DNA of 55,621 bases, filler included, from Jimgerdemannia flammicorona (taxonomy: Eukaryota), in the NCBI GenBank assembly GCA_003990765.1. It is 2 parts of 2 records of this genome, joined end to end, with 100 filler letters (N's around TTAATTAATTAA, not from the genome) between each part and the next. Parts side by side here need not be neighbours in the genome. Positions count along the whole stretch, not along the records: positions 27,863 to 55,621 come from RBNJ01000607.1; 1 more part is not named here. One strand, written 5' to 3'. The notes under the pieces are model-generated. The model was not told the origin of the DNA. It did not search any database and saw only the letters and a list, made by a program, of their open reading frames with translations. The position numbers were made by a program, and so were the translations under genes. Positions 50,867 to 55,621 of this stretch are shown here, in pieces; position 1 is the stretch's first letter, and the number at the start of each line of letters is the position of its first letter.

Positions 50867-53730
50867 CACCTTTCTCCAGTAACATTCAGATTACACAATC
50901 TTTTGGCAATACTTTCGACACAGTTTCTGGAAAAAAGCTACTAGTATCATGGTGACCAATGAGCATCCTGAGGTGTGTACTGGGCAGGGTGGCCCTGGAG
51001 CGTTTGAATGGCAGCAAGTGGGGAGAGGCCCCGGCTTGGGGGGAAGTATGAGGGGCCTGCTGGCAGGAGGCCAAGGTGGAGGAGGGGGCAGAGCTGGAGG
51101 TTAAGGGTCTGGCAGAGCGAGCTTTGTGGAGAAGGTGAAGGGGGGTCAGCAGGGAGCTGGACTGGAGAGCTGGCTGAGGGGAGGGAAGGTGCTGGTGAAG
51201 GCTATCAGGCAGCGACCTCTTGGAGATACCTCTCTGGAGGGCCATAGGGGTAGAGCTGGGGGGGTAGCAGCTGGAGTGGGGACTGCTGATGGGGGTGTGA
51301 CGGGTGATCTGGAAAAAAATCTAAATGGGACTGCTGATGGTGAGCCGAGCAGTGGGAAGAGCACGAGGCCCAGAGACTTGGTGGATGGTGTAACAGGACT
51401 GGCGGTGGCTCCATTACTCAAGAAGTTGATCTCAGCATTCGCGGTTACACTGTGCTTCCGGGGCTTAGCAGTGATGGTGAAAATAGTACTGGGGCTTATT
51501 GCTAAGCAGGTGGCAGGAGCTGCTTCGGTGAAGTTTCTGAAGGGACTGAAGGGTGTGGAGGTGGGTTTTGAGGAGGCTGAACCATGGAGGAGACACTGAA
51601 GGTTGGATTGGTGGTTGGGGAGGTGTGTGTTCTGATAGTGAGGTGTTTGAAATGGGATCCAAGGGTGGTCCAACTGCTGGTGAAAGGAGTACCCATAGTG
51701 ATGGTGATGGAGACGAGAAAGAGAGTGGAGAATGTCATGGCAGAGTATAGAGAGGTGGTGGATATCAGATTCAGGGTCTGGGAAGGGACCATGCTCAGGA
51801 CTGGGGATATGGATGTGAGGATTTGGCTGGCTGAGAAAGAGGCTACTGGGAAGGTGAGAGACTGGCCTTCAGTAATGGTTTGGGGAGCGGTCCTGTGCAA
51901 GGTAATGAGGGTGAAAGGAAGTGAAGAAGAGGAGGAAGATTTATTGGAAGTGCTGGAAGAACTGGATGGGGCTGTAGAGCAGTGAGCTAAGGCCTACAAG
52001 ACTTTCAAGGAGTTGACACACCTGGAGATAGTGGATGGAAAGAGGATTCGAGTGGACAAGGTGCAGTGGGAAAGGGCTCAGGGGTGGAAGAGACAGAAGG
52101 ATCTGCTATGCTGATGGTACCTTGGAGGTTTGGGATGAAGTCTGGGAGAACTCCCCCACTCCGTCCCCTCTTATCAGGCATGGCCCGGCTTCCAGAAACA
52201 AGACTGGGGAGGATGTGACAATGCTGGGGACCCAGCAGGTGAAATTCAGAATTCCAGAGGTAATGAATGGGGATCAAGTAGTGGCAGCTGGGGAGGAGGA
52301 ACTGGTGGATGTCCCAGAAGTGTGGGATGAGGATGCGAGTGCCAGAGCTGACACCATGATGCTGGATGGAGGGAGGCCAGCGACCTCTGGCAGAAAGGAG
52401 GTGGGGAACCTACTTTGGATGTACCAGATGATGAATAACCTGGCAGTAGAAGAGTTGGGGGAGGTGGACTTGCACAGGATGAGTGATGAGCACTGGACAA
52501 GAATTTTGCAAGGGGAAGGAGTGGTGATGGCACTGAAGGCGGAAATTCTTGCAGTGTATCTGGAGGAAGAAGGGTATGAGGTGGACAAGGAGAGGGAGGC
52601 AGAGATGGCAGTTATCACTGGGGAGAGGGCTGAGTACTGTTAGAACAAGTGTCATGTGTTGCAGCTCTGGCAGGAGACTTGCATTGAGTACAGAGAGGAG
52701 TTTGAGGAGAAGGCCAATGAGGAGATGAATGAGCTATTGGCTGGATTGGAGGCTCAGAGGGCTGAAGAGGAGGAGGTGATGGCTGAACATATTCTGAACA
52801 TGGCATAGGAGGAGATGAGTATGGAGCAGTAGAGATCAACTGAGAACAAACCATATTTCATTATGAACAGTATAACTAACATTTTTTCTTTGAATGTGAA
52901 TGAGCTAAGGGGCACAGTTAGACATAGGAACATTTTTATTTGGCTGAAGGGATTGGAGGCCGATCTCTTCCTCTTGTGCGAGGATGATGCTGATAGGATG
53001 GAATAGACAAAGAAATGGAGTGGTATGGCAATTTGGAACAGCAAGATCAGTATTCTGGTTCGGAAAGGTAGAGGGGAGATAAGGGATGTGAGGAGCTGGA
53101 GGGAGAGACTGGTCTGGGGTGAGTGAATTCATGCAGGTTGGGAGCCAGTCATGGTTGGCTCCTATTACTGCCCTGCTGTGCAGGGGGAGCATGTGGATTG
53201 GGTGAAAGGGCTCCAGGAGAGTGGGATCCTTGCTGAAGCTGGAGTGGATATGCTTGGAGGAGATTTCAATATGGTTCGGGATATACAGCTAGATAGAACA
53301 GATGGAGGATGGGGTGCTGAGAGCAGGAGTGGGGGGCTGGTGATGTGGGAGGAAGTCAAAAGGCTTGGAGCACTGGTGGACACTGATAGGGAGTACTGGG
53401 GAAACAGGAGGGTATATATGCATTGGGCTGGAGGCCTGGGGACAAGGATTGATTGGATTCTGATGGCCAACTGTTGGGGCTGCAATGTTTGGAAGATGCT
53501 AGAGGTAGAATGGTATCCATGGTCAGATCATTGGAGCCTTTTGGGACAGGGGTATTTTGGGGGAAGTAGTGATGGGCCTGGACATTGGCACCTAAATTCC
53601 TCCTTGTTGGATGATGAGTTCCAGTGGGAGGAGTGAGTGAAAGACATTTAGCTGAAGGTGGAGACCTGGTGGCAGGAAGGGGCCTCAATTGGGGTTTGGT
53701 GGGTAAGGATGAAAGAGATGGCCAAGATGA
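50867..53730 (+). mobile_element. LINE family 1 copy E (5' end, ORF1, endonuclease), interrupted by copy F
   Basis: CACCTTTCTCCAGTAACATTCAG start, close to copy G. Internal deletions near 52105 and 52975. Confidence 0.9.
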
Positions 53731-53731
53731 C

Positions 53732-55621
53732 CACCTTTCTCCAGTACAATTCACGTTACACAAGACTTCAAGCAACAGTTTTCGACTCTACTAGGAGAGA
53801 AGGTACTATCAATATATCTTCAAGCAAGAGTTCTGACGGGCGTACTGGATTGGGGGGAGCTGGGGCTTTCGGCTGGCAGGAGGTGGGGAGGGGTTTTGGC
53901 CTGGGGATGGGGGCCTTTGGAGGGTCGAAAGGCAGAGAGAGCTCTGGAGGAGGACCGGTGTTGGGTGGTAACAGGGGTAGGGCTGGCCCCTCCAGCTTTG
54001 CTGACAAGGTGAAGGGGAGTGGATGGCCAGTTGGAGACAGAGCTGGAGACAGGGCTGGTGCTGCTGTGGGGAAGGGCAAGGCGAGCCTTAGGAGGGGGGG
54101 TGGTCCTCAGGTTGGAGGTATGAGCGTAGGGTCTGGAGAAGCTGTGGCTGGGGGTGGGACTGCTAATGGGGGGTGACGGCGAATCGTGAAAAAAAAAGAG
54201 ATGTGACGGCTGATGGCCAGGGGGGTCAGGGGTTCCCGATGCGGGAGGGGGACCTGGCGGATGGTGTAATGGGGCTGGCGGTGGCCCCGTTGCTCAAGAA
54301 GTCGATTTCGGAGTTCACGGTCATATTGTGCTTCCGGGGCTTGGCGGTGACGGCAAGGATGGTTCTGGGGCTGATTTCAAAGCAAGTGGCAGGGGCTGCC
54401 TCGGTGAAGTTCTTGAAGGGCTTGGAGGGGGTTGAGGTGGGTTTTGAGGAAGCGGGCCCACTGGATGAGGCCCTGAAGACTGGAGTTATAGTTGGTGAGG
54501 TGGTGGTACCCATGGTGCAGTGCTTGAGGTGGGACCCCAGGGTGGTGCAGCTTCTGGTGAGGGGGGTGCCCACAGTGTCTAAGGAGGAGACTAGGAAGAG
54601 GGTGGAGGAGGTGATGGTGGAGTACAGTGATGTGGTGGACGTTGGATTTCAGGTGTGGGAGGGGACTACGATCAGGACGGGCGATGTCGATGTCAGGATC
54701 TGGCTGGCAGGGAAGGAGGCCATGGGGAAGATGTGTGACTGGCCCTTGGTGCTAATGTGGGGGGCATTTGTCTGTAAGGTGTCGAGGGTGAAGGGGAGTG
54801 AAGAAGAGGAGGAGGACTTGTTGAAGGTGCTGGAGGAGTTGGGTGGGGCTGTGGAGAGGAAGATGAAAGCCTGGAAGCTATTTGAGAAGTTGACGCATCT
54901 GGAGATTGTGAATGGGAAGCGTGTGCGCACTGATAAGAAGCAGTGGGAGAGGGCCCAGGGCCACAAGAGGCAGAGGGAGCTCTTGGCGAGTATGACAGGA
55001 GGGGAGAAGAGGAAGGTGGATGGGGCTGAGAAGTCTGGAGACATCAAAGCCAGTGTATGGGCTAGCGAAGGAGGGAAGGAGGCAGTGGTGACAGAGGAAT
55101 GGGCTGCGAAGGTGCTGGGCAGAGATCCCTATGCCGATGGTACTTTCGAAGTTTGGGAGGAGGAGTCTGATAGCACTCCCCCCCCTCTAGTCAGGAGGGG
55201 CCCGGTGGGGCAGAGAGTGGTGGCGGAAGATGTACAGATGCAGGGGGCCCAGCGTGTTACCTTTGGTGTCCCAGATGTGGCAAAAGGGGGCCAGGTGGTG
55301 GCAGTTGGAGAGGATGAGCTGGTGGATGTCCCTGAGGAGGCATGGGATGAGGCTGCCAGTGTAGGTGCTGACACCATGATGTTGGATGCAGGGCGGCTGG
55401 GGACTCCAGGAGGGAAGGAGGTGGGGAACTTGCTGTGGATGAGCAAGGTGATGGATAACCTTGCGGCTGAGGCATTGGGGGATGTGGACCTACAGGTAAT
55501 GCCTGAGGAGCACTGGGCGAGTATTCTGCGTGGTGATGGGGTGATGGAGGCGCTGGGGGTGGGCTGGTGGGGGAGGGGGGTCGCTGGGAGGACCTAAAGT
55601 CTCGGCTTGTGGGTGGAGTGG
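53732..55621 (+). mobile_element. LINE family 1 copy F, least mutated; ORF1 joined directly to the ORF2 3' end (internal deletion); runs off the window
   Basis: CACCTTTCTCCAGTACAATTCACG start and a 474-aa open ORF1 segment (54173-55597). After 55555 the sequence reads RWEDLKSRLVGGV, matching the ORF2 C-terminus of copy G. Confidence 0.88.

Noticed and set aside
54165..54180. Frameshift in copy F ORF1 as programmed frameshifting
   Set aside because: Other copies are in frame here (GGGGGTGTGA). A single-base loss in a G run is better explained by mutation or sequencing error.

Overview
Eukaryotic, almost certainly fungal, genomic DNA (an early-diverging Mucoromycota-like lineage is inferred from gene and intron style, not proven). 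It consists of two contigs joined by an artificial N/TTAATTAATTAA/N linker (27763-27862). Two CpG-rich gene islands carry three intron-containing minus-strand genes: a peroxisome-targeted (SKL) zeta-crystallin/quinone-oxidoreductase-like MDR enzyme, a Yap/KapC-type bZIP factor, and prohibitin PHB1. The rest is nested, C>T/G>A-hypermutated transposons: at least seven copies of an L1/Tx1-like LINE family, two 3' ends of a second LINE family, hAT-type DNA elements, and one complete Ty3/Gypsy chromovirus (34644-50050, 773-bp LTRs, ATAAC TSD). Removing a nested LINE and a nested hAT MITE from the chromovirus restores one reading frame from Gag through RT: Gag-CCHC / dUTPase / Cys-His module / protease / RT, followed by RNase H, integrase and chromodomain. 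After it comes an extra ORF with its own TATA box, and a diverged homologue of that ORF appears in another decayed element at 27.9-28.6 kb. Highlights are the NC-dUTPase fusion, the accessory ORF family, and a repeat-restricted RIP-like mutational regime that can be read from the nesting order.
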